The notes beneath the pieces were generated by a model. That model was not told where the DNA came from, did not search any database, and saw nothing but the letters and a program-made list of their open reading frames with translations. The position numbers were made by a program, and so were the translations under genes. Source: Nitrososphaeraceae archaeon (lineage in GTDB: Archaea; Thermoproteota; Nitrososphaeria; Nitrososphaerales; Nitrososphaeraceae). From it: 64,000 nt of DNA. The DNA is taken from NCBI GenBank assembly GCA_035250975.1, contig DATFEP010000064.1:1-64000 (forward strand). The letters run 5' to 3'. Positions 10,191-20,334 of the stretch are shown in pieces (position 1 is the stretch's first letter; each line of letters opens with the position of its first letter).

Positions 10191-10721
10191 TCAACGTTCT
10201 TTCTGATTGCCTCCTTTATTATCTTGTTCGATTTCAGAAGGAATTAATTTTTTATCATTTACTTTTGATATATTTTTAGCCCTTAAGCCTTTCTTGACCA
10301 GGTTGATACCTCGACCTCGGATTTTACTAGATTTATTCTTAGATACTGATTGTCCTTCTCGATCTGAGGAAGATAATTTGGTATGTTTAATTTTCTTTAT
10401 TACGTTTTCTCTTTTTTTATCTTGCATATTTAATGAACTAATCATTACATTGGAAGAATGGATATGTACTTTTACTTTGCCTCCCTTTGCTACTTCTTTC
10501 TGAACGCCTTCGATTATCAGGGTACTCCTTTCTGTATTGACCTTTTCCACTTTTCCCTCAACATTTTTGTATTCTCCTCTCATTATCTTTACTGTATCTC
10601 CTTTTATTACTCGGGCATTTCTTTTTCCATATTGTTTCTTTAGATTTTCTGATAGTTTTGAACGAATATTCGCAAAACGTCTGTGTTTTCTCAAAAGCAT
10701 ATTTGCGTTAATTTCTAACAT
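10191..10721 (-). CDS. rpl24: 50S ribosomal protein uL24 with a basic C-terminal extension
   Basis: GDTVKIMRGEYK..EGKV, IHSSNVMI; follows L14. Confidence 0.92.
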   Translation of the reverse strand: MLEINANMLLRKHRRFANIRSKLSENLKKQYGKRNARVIKGDTVKIMRGEYKNVEGKVEKVNTERSTLIIEGVQKEVAKGGKVKVHIHSSNVMISSLNMQDKKRENVIKKIKHTKLSSSDREGQSVSKNKSSKIRGRGINLVKKGLRAKNISKVNDKKLIPSEIEQDNKGGNQKER

Positions 10722-10753
10722 TTTTCATTTATCACCAAATTACTATAAAATAG

Positions 10754-11188
10754 CTAAATTATTACAGGTGCAAGATTTGCAATTCTTGGCCATTTCTCTG
10801 CCGCCTCCGCTGCTACAGGTCCTTTAATATCAGTTCCCTTGATCTCTCCTTCAGGAGTAACTAAAACTGCTGCGTTATCTTCAAAAGTAACTCGTAATCC
10901 ATTCAATCGTCTTATAGGATATTTTTGTCTAATTATAACTGCACCAAAAATCTGTTTCCTAAGTTGCGCTGGACCTTTTTTTACGGTTACGGTTACAAGG
11001 TCTCCCACAGCACAAGATGGTTGTCGTGAATGTCTTCCTTTGTACCTTGTTACCTGAGCTATCTTGAGGATTTTTGCTCCAGTATTATCTGCACAGACAA
11101 TTTGAGCAGAGACCGGTAATGCTTTTGTAACATATGGTCGGAATTCCGCTGCACCCTTGGCAGAAACTGCTCTTGATTTAGATGCCAT
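10754..11188 (-). CDS. rpl14: 50S ribosomal protein uL14
   Basis: CADNTGAK, FEDNAAV, KGPVA; ATG at 11188 preferred as start. Confidence 0.95.
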   Translation of the reverse strand: MASKSRAVSAKGAAEFRPYVTKALPVSAQIVCADNTGAKILKIAQVTRYKGRHSRQPSCAVGDLVTVTVKKGPAQLRKQIFGAVIIRQKYPIRRLNGLRVTFEDNAAVLVTPEGEIKGTDIKGPVAAEAAEKWPRIANLAPVII

Positions 11189-11516
11189 CTTTATTATTTT
11201 CAGCCTCCACAACAACAAAAGATATAGACTTTGAAATAGGTCTGCACTCAGCTATCTTCACTTTTTCTCCTTCCTTGACACTAATGCAATCGGGGAGAAA
11301 TGCATGAACCTTAGATTTACTTCTTTCATATCTTTTATATTTTGTAACCAACCTATTGTATTCTCTAGAAACTACAACCATTCTAGTGGCTTTGTTGCTT
11401 TCTACTTTGCCTGTATACAATCTTCCCCTTAAAGAAAGGGTACCATGAAATGGGCATAATTCATTTTCACATGTTTTTCTTGGAAGTCCAACCATAATAC
11501 CAATATTTCTAACCAT
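11178..11516 (-). CDS. rps17: 30S ribosomal protein uS17
   Basis: CPFHG, KYKRYER, AECRPISK. Confidence 0.95.
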   Translation of the reverse strand: MVRNIGIMVGLPRKTCENELCPFHGTLSLRGRLYTGKVESNKATRMVVVSREYNRLVTKYKRYERSKSKVHAFLPDCISVKEGEKVKIAECRPISKSISFVVVEAENNKDGI

Positions 11517-11524
11517 TTACACAA

Positions 11525-11797
11525 TCATCTCTTTATCTTTAAAATCCTATCTTCTGGTCTTCCTATCATATTATTACCACTTATAAAGCAAACGTTTGAT
11601 GGTAAATAAACAGCACATTTTTCTATTGTCTTTTTTGGAATTTTTTTAATTCCATGTGATGTTCTTAATATTAACATATTCTTTGTTTCAAAAATAATAT
11701 TGCCCAGTAAATTTTTCATATTATTTTGACTACTCAACAAGATTTTTATTTTTAAACCAACTAGCTCATGATAGACGAGATTTTCAATGGAAATCAT
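11525..11797 (-). CDS. rnp1: ribonuclease P protein subunit Rpp29
   Basis: HELVGL, ETKNML, GRPEDR; usual position upstream of S17. Confidence 0.9.
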   Translation of the reverse strand: MISIENLVYHELVGLKIKILLSSQNNMKNLLGNIIFETKNMLILRTSHGIKKIPKKTIEKCAVYLPSNVCFISGNNMIGRPEDRILKIKR

Positions 11798-11845
11798 ACG
11801 TTACCTCGTCCATGTTCAATTGTATTTGTCTGAAAAAATGAATTT

Positions 11846-12052
11846 TCATTTTTTATGGCTCCTCTCATTAATGAGTGTAAGTATTCTCGCAATATCCCTT
11901 CTAGCCCATCTAATGCTAGAGCTTTCCTTTTTTAGTGTCCCCTTTGCACCCTCTGATCGTAGTTTTGCAAGATCTACTTTAAATTCAAGTAGCTTATCTT
12001 CAAGATCTTTATCGTTCATTTCTTTAAGAGTATTCAGTTTAATTCTGCCCAT
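11846..12052 (-). CDS. rpl29: 50S ribosomal protein uL29
   Basis: RRDIARILT motif; follows S3. Confidence 0.93.
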   Translation of the reverse strand: MGRIKLNTLKEMNDKDLEDKLLEFKVDLAKLRSEGAKGTLKKESSSIRWARRDIARILTLINERSHKK

Positions 12053-12054
12053 TT

Positions 12055-12990
12055 CTACGCTCCCACACCTTCATCTTTTTTTTTACGTGATTCTTGTAAC
12101 GGATTTTCTTGTTGTTTGACATCTTCCTCGGTTTTATTTTCCCTTCTGGGAGCATCTCTCTGACTAATATTATAACCAGTATATTTTCCTTCATTTGAAT
12201 AAGAGTCTTTTCTAGGTCTTGAGCCAATCGATGGTTTTATTTTCTCTTTTTTCTGTGATTCGTTTCCAGTATTAGTGCTTTTTTGATTGCTTGTGGTTAG
12301 TATAATTTTTTCCCTATTTTCTTTTTCTGATAAAGCCACAGATGAAGAGGATGATGATGTATCCTCCGTTTCTTTGGTGGAATCGCTATCTATTTTTGAT
12401 TCAATATTTAACTGGAATTCAGATGGCATTTCATTCTTTAATGCAATTTTCAATTGTATTCCCATAAGTCCCATCTTCGTTAAAACGTTAGTCACTCCAA
12501 CTTTTACAACTCGATCCGCTACATTTCCGCTTTTCGGAATGATTCCAGAAGTATGTTTTTCAAAGTGAGCTCTTTCACTTCTAAGTTTTCCTGCTATAGT
12601 TACTTCTGTACCAAGGGCACCGGCGTTCATTACTGTATTTAATGTCCACATAGCCGCTCTTCTAAAAGCAGTACCTCTCTCGATAAGCTGCGCAATTCTA
12701 TTTGCCATTATTTTTGGATTTAACTCGGGAACCTCGATCTCCATTACAGAAACTTGAGGGTTACTTAATCCGAAATTTGATTCTAATTTTGCTGTAAGAT
12801 CTTTGATACCGACACCTTTTCTTCCAATAACCAAGCCCGGCCTTGTTACATATAATGTAATTCTAGTTCCAATCGGTGTTTTTTGTATCTCTACTCCGCC
12901 ATACCCAGTTTCCTTCAATGTTTCTTTCAGGTAACTGTCTAGTTCCATATTCTTGTAATTATTTAACATTACATTTTTTGCAGCGTTCAT
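12055..12990 (-). CDS. rps3: 30S ribosomal protein uS3 with a long low-complexity C-terminal tail
   Basis: RPGLVIGRKG KH motif, FRRA, GKLRSERA. Confidence 0.95.
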   Translation of the reverse strand: MNAAKNVMLNNYKNMELDSYLKETLKETGYGGVEIQKTPIGTRITLYVTRPGLVIGRKGVGIKDLTAKLESNFGLSNPQVSVMEIEVPELNPKIMANRIAQLIERGTAFRRAAMWTLNTVMNAGALGTEVTIAGKLRSERAHFEKHTSGIIPKSGNVADRVVKVGVTNVLTKMGLMGIQLKIALKNEMPSEFQLNIESKIDSDSTKETEDTSSSSSSVALSEKENREKIILTTSNQKSTNTGNESQKKEKIKPSIGSRPRKDSYSNEGKYTGYNISQRDAPRRENKTEEDVKQQENPLQESRKKKDEGVGA

Positions 12991-13463
12991 TATGTTACGG
13001 TACTCTCCTGAGCAACCATTTCTATATGTACTAGTGTATCAAATTTAGGACTAGCTCTTCCCATGGCTCTGGGAGTAAATCTTTTTAATTTGGTGCCTTT
13101 ATGAACAACAATATTTACTATCTTTAGTCTATCTAGATCCATTCCCTTGTACTCTGCATTGCTTTCCAGGTTATCCAACAGTTTTAGAAATTCGTGACTA
13201 GCCTTCGACGGAAATCTTCCCGCACTAAATCCATCTTTTATGTTGGATCTATGACCTACTTCATTATTGTATCGCCTAAATGGAACCGCAATTTCTTTAT
13301 TTAAAACTGCCTCAAGAAAAATTCGTGCTTTTTCAATCGACATGTTTTTTATTGCAACGGCAATTTCTCTTGCGTGTTTATGGGAGATATCCTGCTCCCT
13401 GAGGGCGGATCTTACTTGTCTTGTTTTGTCAAAATTTTTATATGCATAAATATAATGAGGCAT
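12990..13463 (-). CDS. rpl22: 50S ribosomal protein uL22
   Basis: VPFRRY, GRFP, NAEYKG, PRAMGRA. Confidence 0.95.
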   Translation of the reverse strand: MPHYIYAYKNFDKTRQVRSALREQDISHKHAREIAVAIKNMSIEKARIFLEAVLNKEIAVPFRRYNNEVGHRSNIKDGFSAGRFPSKASHEFLKLLDNLESNAEYKGMDLDRLKIVNIVVHKGTKLKRFTPRAMGRASPKFDTLVHIEMVAQESTVT

Positions 13464-13488
13464 TTTTTATCATCACACTTTCCATAAA

Positions 13489-13896
13489 TTATTTTAACGG
13501 TACGTACAAACTGGATCTTGACGATCCTACACCAGGTGAGCCATGTTGAACCCTTTTATTTGTGATAGAATATTCACCAAGGTAATGTCCTACCATTTCC
13601 GGTTTTATATTAATATCGAAAAACTCTTTTCCATTATGAACACTAATTGCAAGACCAATCATATCTGGTAGGATAATCATGTCCCTAACATGAGTTTTCA
13701 GTTTATTTTTTAAAGTGCCGCCTCTAGCCAGCTTGATTTCAGATCTCAGTTTTCGTTTTTGGTCGTTCATATACATACCAACTCGTTTGTTTAATGAACG
13801 TCTTTGCCTTGCGTTGAGCAAAGGCAACAGAGACTCTATTGATATGGACTTTAATTGTTCTTGATTATATCCTCGAAATTTAAATTCTCTAACCAA
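13489..13896 (-). CDS. rps19: 30S ribosomal protein uS19
   Basis: KTHVRDMIILP, HNGKEF, MVGHYLGEY. Confidence 0.95.
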   Translation of the reverse strand: MVREFKFRGYNQEQLKSISIESLLPLLNARQRRSLNKRVGMYMNDQKRKLRSEIKLARGGTLKNKLKTHVRDMIILPDMIGLAISVHNGKEFFDINIKPEMVGHYLGEYSITNKRVQHGSPGVGSSRSSLYVPLK

Positions 13897-14010
13897 TCTT
13901 ATACTATACCTCTGAAGTCTTATTTTTAAATCTACCTAGAATCATTTCACGCGATGATAGTAATTTAACTGGATTCATTTTAAGATCACATATTACTAAA
14001 TTCAAGAACT

Positions 14011-14361
14011 TTACACCAATCCCAGTTTTGTTGCAAGATCTCGTGCTGAATCTAGATCCTTGAACTTTGCAAAAGCCTTCTTTCCGTCTATCGTTCTGGC
14101 CGTGTTAATCTCTACAATATCGGCTTCATAAAGTTCTTTTAATTCTCGCTTAATAGAAATTTTATCTGCATTTTCATCCACTATAAACGTCAATTTTTTT
14201 TCTTTTTCAATCAAATTAAATGACTTTTCGGTCATATATGGGGTGATTATAACAGGTTTTTGATGCAGTTCCTTTACTCCCTTTTCTGACTCTTTAATCT
14301 TTTTACCTTTCTTCTTGGTTGCTATCTTTGAAGATTTTAAAGACAGAATTTTCTTTTTCAT
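14011..14361 (-). CDS. rpl23: 50S ribosomal protein uL23
   Basis: TEKS, LTFIVD, GKKAF; Lys-rich N-terminal extension. Confidence 0.92.
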   Translation of the reverse strand: MKKKILSLKSSKIATKKKGKKIKESEKGVKELHQKPVIITPYMTEKSFNLIEKEKKLTFIVDENADKISIKRELKELYEADIVEINTARTIDGKKAFAKFKDLDSARDLATKLGLV

Positions 14362-15164
14362 TTTTTAACCATCTCCATTAATACATTGCAAACTGATTTG
14401 ATATTTTTTAATTCCTCTATAGCTTTTTCGGAAAATACAGTAAGCCTTATAGGTCGAGACCCCGGAGCTAGATCTAGGACGCTCACATTCTTTACAGTCT
14501 TTATCGAAATTCCTGGAAGAGAATTATTTAACCGTCCTATCTTCTCTTCATCGCTCACGAGAATTAAAGCAGACAATCCGCACCTCCTGTTGGAAGAGTA
14601 CTTTCTGTTCTTCTTATTTCTCTTGATATGCGTTCTAGTGAGGTCTTCTTTTAATCCTATTTTCTCCAGAAACTTTTCTAGATCTTTAGATTTTAATAAT
14701 GATTCTATTTCTCCAGAAACTACAATTGGTAAGGAGATTTCATCACTTAATAAATGCCCTCTCTCTTTTACAAGATCTCGATTTGAAGTCGCAGCAATTG
14801 CAGAGCATAACGCTAATATTTTTTCTTTCTTGTTGATTTTCTTATAGATATTTTTCCAAGAAACAGGCGGATGAGCTACCCTTCCCTTTCTTACCCCAGC
14901 GACACCAGCAGCTTGACCCGCCCTGGGAAAACCTTCACCTCTTGCCCTGGCGATTCTAGCAATTCCTAAACCAGTATTTCTCGATTCAGCACTTACCATC
15001 TGTCCAGCTCCTGGATACCTTCCCTGGATTTGAAAGGAATGAGAGTTTAAATTATTGTAAACTCTTTGAATTACTCTTGGTTTATATGGAGTATAGAAAA
15101 CTGAAGGAAGTTCAATATGCTCTTTTTCCTTTCCATCCATACCCAAAACTTTAACTGTATTCAT
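14358..15164 (-). CDS. rpl4: 50S ribosomal protein uL4
   Basis: SAES, G.GIARI.R, GRVAHPP, LAPG. Confidence 0.95.
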   Translation of the reverse strand: MNTVKVLGMDGKEKEHIELPSVFYTPYKPRVIQRVYNNLNSHSFQIQGRYPGAGQMVSAESRNTGLGIARIARARGEGFPRAGQAAGVAGVRKGRVAHPPVSWKNIYKKINKKEKILALCSAIAATSNRDLVKERGHLLSDEISLPIVVSGEIESLLKSKDLEKFLEKIGLKEDLTRTHIKRNKKNRKYSSNRRCGLSALILVSDEEKIGRLNNSLPGISIKTVKNVSVLDLAPGSRPIRLTVFSEKAIEELKNIKSVCNVLMEMVKK

Positions 15165-16189
15165 TTAACAATTACCTCCAATACTTTTGGTTCAATAACC
15201 TTCTTTACCGGATTTCTAATGGGTTGTCTCATTTTAACTAACCTCTTTGGAACCCCCGGAACTGACCCTCTAACAACTATATAGTCAGATTTTACCAAAC
15301 CAAAATGCTTGAAGCCGCCCTTCGGATTTATCCTATCTAATGATGAATCTGTTGACTTTGTTGAACCCACAACCTCAGAAGAAGAAGAAGAAATAATCAA
15401 TATTCTTTTGTTATATTCTGTTCTTTGATGAAATCCCCTTTGACCCTGCCTTGCTACAGAGTACATGACAACAGCTGGAGAAATGGGTCCCAGAGTTCCT
15501 ACTGCCCTAACACTCTTTCTAGACTTATGCTGTTTTCTCTTGACACCAAAACGAGTAATAGGTCCTTCAATACCTTTTCCTCGAGTAATTCCTAAAACGT
15601 CAATATATTGACCATTTTGGAAGACGTCTGAAATTCTAAGCTCCTTACCGAGAATGCTTTTGAGATACTCATATTTGGATTTTACATCTTTACCTGAGAC
15701 AGCAACTTCAAAAACAAATGGTTTTTTCTGAGAAATATTCACTTTTTTTGGAGAAACAGACACTATGGCAAGGATAGAAGATATTGAATCAAACGAGGAT
15801 TCTATATTTGTAAATACCTCTTCATTGTATTTGGTTTTAAATTTTCTTTCTAATTCTTTTGGTAGTTCTTTAGAATATGCATCAAAAAGTACCCTTTCAC
15901 CATAGGCGTCTTTTTCGTAACAACGAATGGCAATAACGGTAATTGGAGGAGTCGCTATAACAGTAGAATTGTTATCAAGCTGTTTGCCAAAATTTGGAGT
16001 CTTTTCTTTATCATCTAATGTCAATATTTGAATTTGACCCGCTTTAAAACCAGCAAAACCCAAAAGAGAATTTTTCTCTGTGTGTTGTTCTGGCCATGTT
16101 CTTATTCTTGCTTCAAGACTTTTAGCTCTTACTCTAGGATAAAATGCTAGACTACCACGCCTTGGAGCACTGTACTTTCTATGACCCAT
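15161..16189 (-). CDS. rpl3: 50S ribosomal protein uL3
   Basis: PRRGSLAFYPR, GFKAG, GFHQRTEYNKR, GSVPG. Confidence 0.95.
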   Translation of the reverse strand: MGHRKYSAPRRGSLAFYPRVRAKSLEARIRTWPEQHTEKNSLLGFAGFKAGQIQILTLDDKEKTPNFGKQLDNNSTVIATPPITVIAIRCYEKDAYGERVLFDAYSKELPKELERKFKTKYNEEVFTNIESSFDSISSILAIVSVSPKKVNISQKKPFVFEVAVSGKDVKSKYEYLKSILGKELRISDVFQNGQYIDVLGITRGKGIEGPITRFGVKRKQHKSRKSVRAVGTLGPISPAVVMYSVARQGQRGFHQRTEYNKRILIISSSSSEVVGSTKSTDSSLDRINPKGGFKHFGLVKSDYIVVRGSVPGVPKRLVKMRQPIRNPVKKVIEPKVLEVIVK

Positions 16190-16333
16190 GGATACAGCAA
16201 AAAACCTCCCGATCCCATTAATAAATTTATATCCCGATGTCAGTCAAAAAGAGTATTTAATTTAGATTTTCACCAAATTGTTAACTAGGTTATATTTTTA
16301 TTTTAATTAATTAATCGGTCAAGTATTATCATG

Positions 16334-17389
16334 TTATTTTAAAATATAATTCAGGATGGACAAAGAGCCCAAAACGGCTTCTTCTAATCTTATTGTCTCA
16401 GTATGTTGATGTGGAAAGAGATTGGAATAAATGCAAGACTTTCTTGTAGCTAAGTGTTCAATATCAGGATAAAGTTCATCTAAACCTTTAGTAGGAGAGC
16501 CGAAAACAACTAAGATGTTGTCATAACGAGTTATTAATTCTTTGAATCTTGTCTCATTATCTTTAAAACGTCCTCCTTTTCTAGATGTCAAAATAATAAA
16601 TGTATTTTTATCTTCTTGTCTGAAAATGTGATCTAATGAAGGAACAATTGAAACTTTATAACCCCAATAGATATTTTCCAAATCTTTCCTTAATGCTTGT
16701 ACAGCCTTAATATTTGGGTACTTTCCAATAATCTTTATATCAACTCTCTGTCCAAGAAGATCATTATCTCCATAAAAAGGAATTAAATAATCTAGTCCAA
16801 TATCAACATACATATCCGTTTGATTATTATTTTTGTTATGCCAAAATTTCACCCTTCTAAAATCCTTAGGAAATTTAAATGATAGGTCTGTTCCTATTCT
16901 TTTATTAAATGACGTGTTATCCATTTTTCTGTCTATAAGTTTTGAGAAATCTTTACGAGACGCTTTATTCACTAGAATTCCGATTCTCAATTCGCCTTCT
17001 CTAATCTGATCCAGAGGAATTTTTTTCTTATGATGAGGAGACTTTATAGGATCTAATAGTCCAGCAAATTTTAATTCATTGCAAATCGGATATAAAGCCT
17101 TCCGCAAATACTGGGGCGTATCTAAATAATCTAAAATTAATTTCAAAATGTTAGATTCATCCCGAATTGCGTTTATATCATTTTTGTTTCTATTTTTCTT
17201 AAATTTATTTATGCTATATTGTCTTCGTTTATTATCATTATAGATAAATACTTTTTTTACGCCAAAAATAGAGAACGCTCGTGCAAACCTTGATATCTTT
17301 ATTGTTTTATCTCGTAATGTTTCTTCATCCATAAGTGATGAGCTTGGAATTGCAACATTAAGATTTATACATCTATTATGGAAATTCAT
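16334..17389 (-). CDS. SPOUT-class RNA methyltransferase (DUF171/SPOUT1-like)
   Basis: TPQYLRK, YWGY, VFGSP, Q.TETIRLEEA; usual archaeal position upstream of L3. Confidence 0.85.
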   Translation of the reverse strand: MNFHNRCINLNVAIPSSSLMDEETLRDKTIKISRFARAFSIFGVKKVFIYNDNKRRQYSINKFKKNRNKNDINAIRDESNILKLILDYLDTPQYLRKALYPICNELKFAGLLDPIKSPHHKKKIPLDQIREGELRIGILVNKASRKDFSKLIDRKMDNTSFNKRIGTDLSFKFPKDFRRVKFWHNKNNNQTDMYVDIGLDYLIPFYGDNDLLGQRVDIKIIGKYPNIKAVQALRKDLENIYWGYKVSIVPSLDHIFRQEDKNTFIILTSRKGGRFKDNETRFKELITRYDNILVVFGSPTKGLDELYPDIEHLATRKSCIYSNLFPHQHTETIRLEEAVLGSLSILNYILK

Positions 17390-18048
17390 TCATTTACGAG
17401 CTGATCTAAAAGATTATGCAGAAAATTGTTTGCTCCAAACGATACATTTCTTAAGATGCCTTTTCTATCTACGACTATCGCAGAAGGAGTGCCCTGTAAC
17501 CTGTATGTTTCAAAAGTCATAGCAGAATATTCTTTATTTCGTAAATAATGTTTAACCCTTTCAAAAAGAATCTTTTTATCTGAATCAGGATACGAATTGT
17601 AATTTTCAATGTTTGCTTCCATGAAATCTATGACATAATTATCAGAGAAATTTCGGTCGATCTTTTTTAGAATATCCATACCTACAGGAAAGGGAATCTT
17701 GTATGGTAGTTTGTTACTTTCTATCAATTGTCCATATTGTCTCAAGGCTTTCAGAGTCTCGCCAATAACCTCGCCGGAAGTCAATAACAATCTAAGATTG
17801 TCAAGAGTATTTTTATCGTAGTCTTCAAAAGCAGTAGCCAATCCTAGAACAGAAACGTCGTCTCTAGAATATTTTTTGTATATTTCTATTGCACTTGGAA
17901 GAGCGTACATAAAACATCCCGGACAATTGACCTGGAATACCTCTACCAAAATTACTTTTCCGATATTTTTATCTATATTGGTAGACAAACCTTGAAGCCA
18001 TTCAGAAACATGAATATTTGGAGCTTTTATTCCAATTTGCACAGTCAA
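17386..18048 (-). CDS. thioredoxin-fold (TlpA-like) thiol-disulfide oxidoreductase
   Basis: EVFQVNCPGC CxxC motif and GTPSAIVVDRKG cis-Pro loop. Confidence 0.8.
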   Translation of the reverse strand: MTVQIGIKAPNIHVSEWLQGLSTNIDKNIGKVILVEVFQVNCPGCFMYALPSAIEIYKKYSRDDVSVLGLATAFEDYDKNTLDNLRLLLTSGEVIGETLKALRQYGQLIESNKLPYKIPFPVGMDILKKIDRNFSDNYVIDFMEANIENYNSYPDSDKKILFERVKHYLRNKEYSAMTFETYRLQGTPSAIVVDRKGILRNVSFGANNFLHNLLDQLVNE

Positions 18049-18101
18049 TGTAAATCAAATAATTTTATAATAATAAAAAATGATCGTTTAAATAAATTTT
18101 A

Positions 18102-18851
18102 TTATGGAGATGGTTTATCCTTAGGATTTGTTGGATTATCTTTAGCTAATTTTGAAAATCTCTCGATCTCTTCATCCGTTACTTTTCTCATTATTTTGTT
18201 ATCTTTCTCTATAATTGACATTTTCACATGAGAAATTCCGACCTTTTCATCGCTTACCATATTGATAGATTCTAAAGCCAATTTTCCGACTTCGTCAAGA
18301 GATAGATTTTGTTTATAGGCTTTTTCAAGAAACTCGTTTACTTCATCACTTCCTTGTCCAATTGCAATGGCTTCATATCCTATAAAAGTACCACTTGGAT
18401 CCGTGAGGAATAATTCTCCCCCTACTTCATCAACTCCTGCTATGATCAATGCTACACCATATGGACGAACTCCCGCATATTGCGTCAATTGTTGAGACAT
18501 ATCTGCGATATTCTTTGCAACTACTTCAACATCCACCGGTTCATCATATATTAATTTATTACTTTGAGCGAAAAATCTGGCATGATCTACTTGAGCCCTT
18601 GCATCAGGAATATATCCTGCGGCAGCAACTCCAATATGATCATCAATTTGAAAAATCTTCTGTGTGACGTCAGAAACTTGCAATTTACGAGTTTTTTCTT
18701 CAACTGCCAAGAGAACACCTTCTTTACATTTTACTCCGATAGCTAGAGTTCCTCTTCTGACTGTTTCAATTGCATATTCAACCTGATACAATCTCCCATC
18801 AGGAGAAAATACCGTTATAGCTCTATCATATCCTGCTGCTGCTGGTAACAA
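18102..18851 (-). CDS. psmA: proteasome subunit alpha
   Basis: GYDRAITVFSPDGRLYQVEYA, RPYGV, TDPSG. Confidence 0.95.
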   Translation of the reverse strand: MLPAAAGYDRAITVFSPDGRLYQVEYAIETVRRGTLAIGVKCKEGVLLAVEEKTRKLQVSDVTQKIFQIDDHIGVAAAGYIPDARAQVDHARFFAQSNKLIYDEPVDVEVVAKNIADMSQQLTQYAGVRPYGVALIIAGVDEVGGELFLTDPSGTFIGYEAIAIGQGSDEVNEFLEKAYKQNLSLDEVGKLALESINMVSDEKVGISHVKMSIIEKDNKIMRKVTDEEIERFSKLAKDNPTNPKDKPSP

Positions 18852-18914
18852 TGCGATATTACTACTTTGTAGTGTTTAATTTAAATTTACCTTATTCACC
18901 GATTTTAGTCTGTC

Positions 18915-19340
18915 ATGATATGTGATGAGATAATTTATTATGGTCATCCAAATGTCTTGGGATTGCATCCGAGGGCAATAGAGATAACAAAAGACAGCTA
19001 CCTTACTAAAAGGGGCGACTGTATAATAGGAATCAATTCTAATAAAGCTTGCAGTGATATCGATCCAAAGTTGAAAAAAATAATACAAGATGACAAGACA
19101 AAAATAAAATTTGAATTCACAGTAGAGGGTTCATCCTTCGAGGTCTTCGGCCGTGGAAATAGAAATCTAACATTAGAAAATAAAAATGATATTGTAATAA
19201 GAACAACTAATTTTGTGTGTCCCAGGACATTATCAGTAAGATGCGAAAGAGGTTCAAATAATATACCACGAGAGATTATTTCATGTTTGCAAAGAAAAAA
19301 TACTAAAGGTATTTTAACAATATCGGTAGATGATTACTAG
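18915..19340 (+). CDS. DUF371 family protein
   Basis: GHPNV..H...EITKD.YLT.RGDCIIG signature. Confidence 0.85.
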   Translation: MICDEIIYYGHPNVLGLHPRAIEITKDSYLTKRGDCIIGINSNKACSDIDPKLKKIIQDDKTKIKFEFTVEGSSFEVFGRGNRNLTLENKNDIVIRTTNFVCPRTLSVRCERGSNNIPREIISCLQRKNTKGILTISVDDY

Positions 19341-19365
19341 AATTCTTGCAAAAAGGATTTTATTA

Positions 19366-20268
19366 TCAATAATCGAAAGTGGGGAAGTGATTATTATATT
19401 TCTGTCCTGTTAATTTTTCATAAGCAAAAATGTATCTTTGCGAAATTTTATTGATTAAATCAACTGGAAGTATTGGAGGTTCCGGTTTTTTTCCCTTCAT
19501 AGCAAATTCATCAACTTTCTTTTTATAACCTATTTGGATTAGCCAATCTCTTAACAATTGTTTATCATAGCTATCTTGGATCCGTCCTTCCTGATACAGA
19601 TCTTTTTTCCATAGTCTAAATTCGTCAGGCCCCACTGAATCTCCAAGGATGATATCTCCACGCTTATTAAATCCAAACTCGAATTTCACATCGGAAATAA
19701 TGAAACCTGAATTTTCGATAATTTTATTCATCTCATAGTACAATGAAATTGATTTATCCTTAACGTAATCAAAATCTTTTTCTGAGAGGATATTAGACGA
19801 AATAATCTGTTTTTTTGAAATCTCAACATCATGATCGTGAGATTTAGTACTTGGATCAAAAATCGGATAAGGTAATTTCGATGCCAATACAGGATTAAAA
19901 TTGGGAGGTAGAATGGACCTTGCGTTGTTTGATTTTATATTATTGGGATTATTAAATCTCTCAACTATACTTCCATAGAAATATCCTCTTACTATGCATT
20001 CAATGGGTATCATGCTAAGTTTTTCGACAAGTAACTTATTTTTATCGATGACTCTCATCATGTGGTTGCTAACACTCAAGTGTTTAAACCAAAAATCCGT
20101 AAATTTACACAAAATATTTCCTTTTTCAGGAATCTCTTGATTCATTATTACATCAAATGCAGAAATTCTGTTTGAAAAAACAAAAATTAATTTATCTTTG
20201 TTATTAACATCTTCAGAGTCTGAACCTTCGTATACATCCTTTACCTTACCTTTATGAATTAATTTCAA
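19366..20268 (-). CDS. purC: SAICAR synthase
   Basis: GKVKDVY, RISAFD, ECIVRGY, DVKFEFG, SYDKQ. Confidence 0.93.
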   Translation of the reverse strand: MKLIHKGKVKDVYEGSDSEDVNNKDKLIFVFSNRISAFDVIMNQEIPEKGNILCKFTDFWFKHLSVSNHMMRVIDKNKLLVEKLSMIPIECIVRGYFYGSIVERFNNPNNIKSNNARSILPPNFNPVLASKLPYPIFDPSTKSHDHDVEISKKQIISSNILSEKDFDYVKDKSISLYYEMNKIIENSGFIISDVKFEFGFNKRGDIILGDSVGPDEFRLWKKDLYQEGRIQDSYDKQLLRDWLIQIGYKKKVDEFAMKGKKPEPPILPVDLINKISQRYIFAYEKLTGQKYNNHFPTFDY

Positions 20269-20334
20269 TGTACATTCTATGTTGAGAAAATATCTTTTTA
20301 TAAATATATTTAATCACAAATATTATCTAATATA

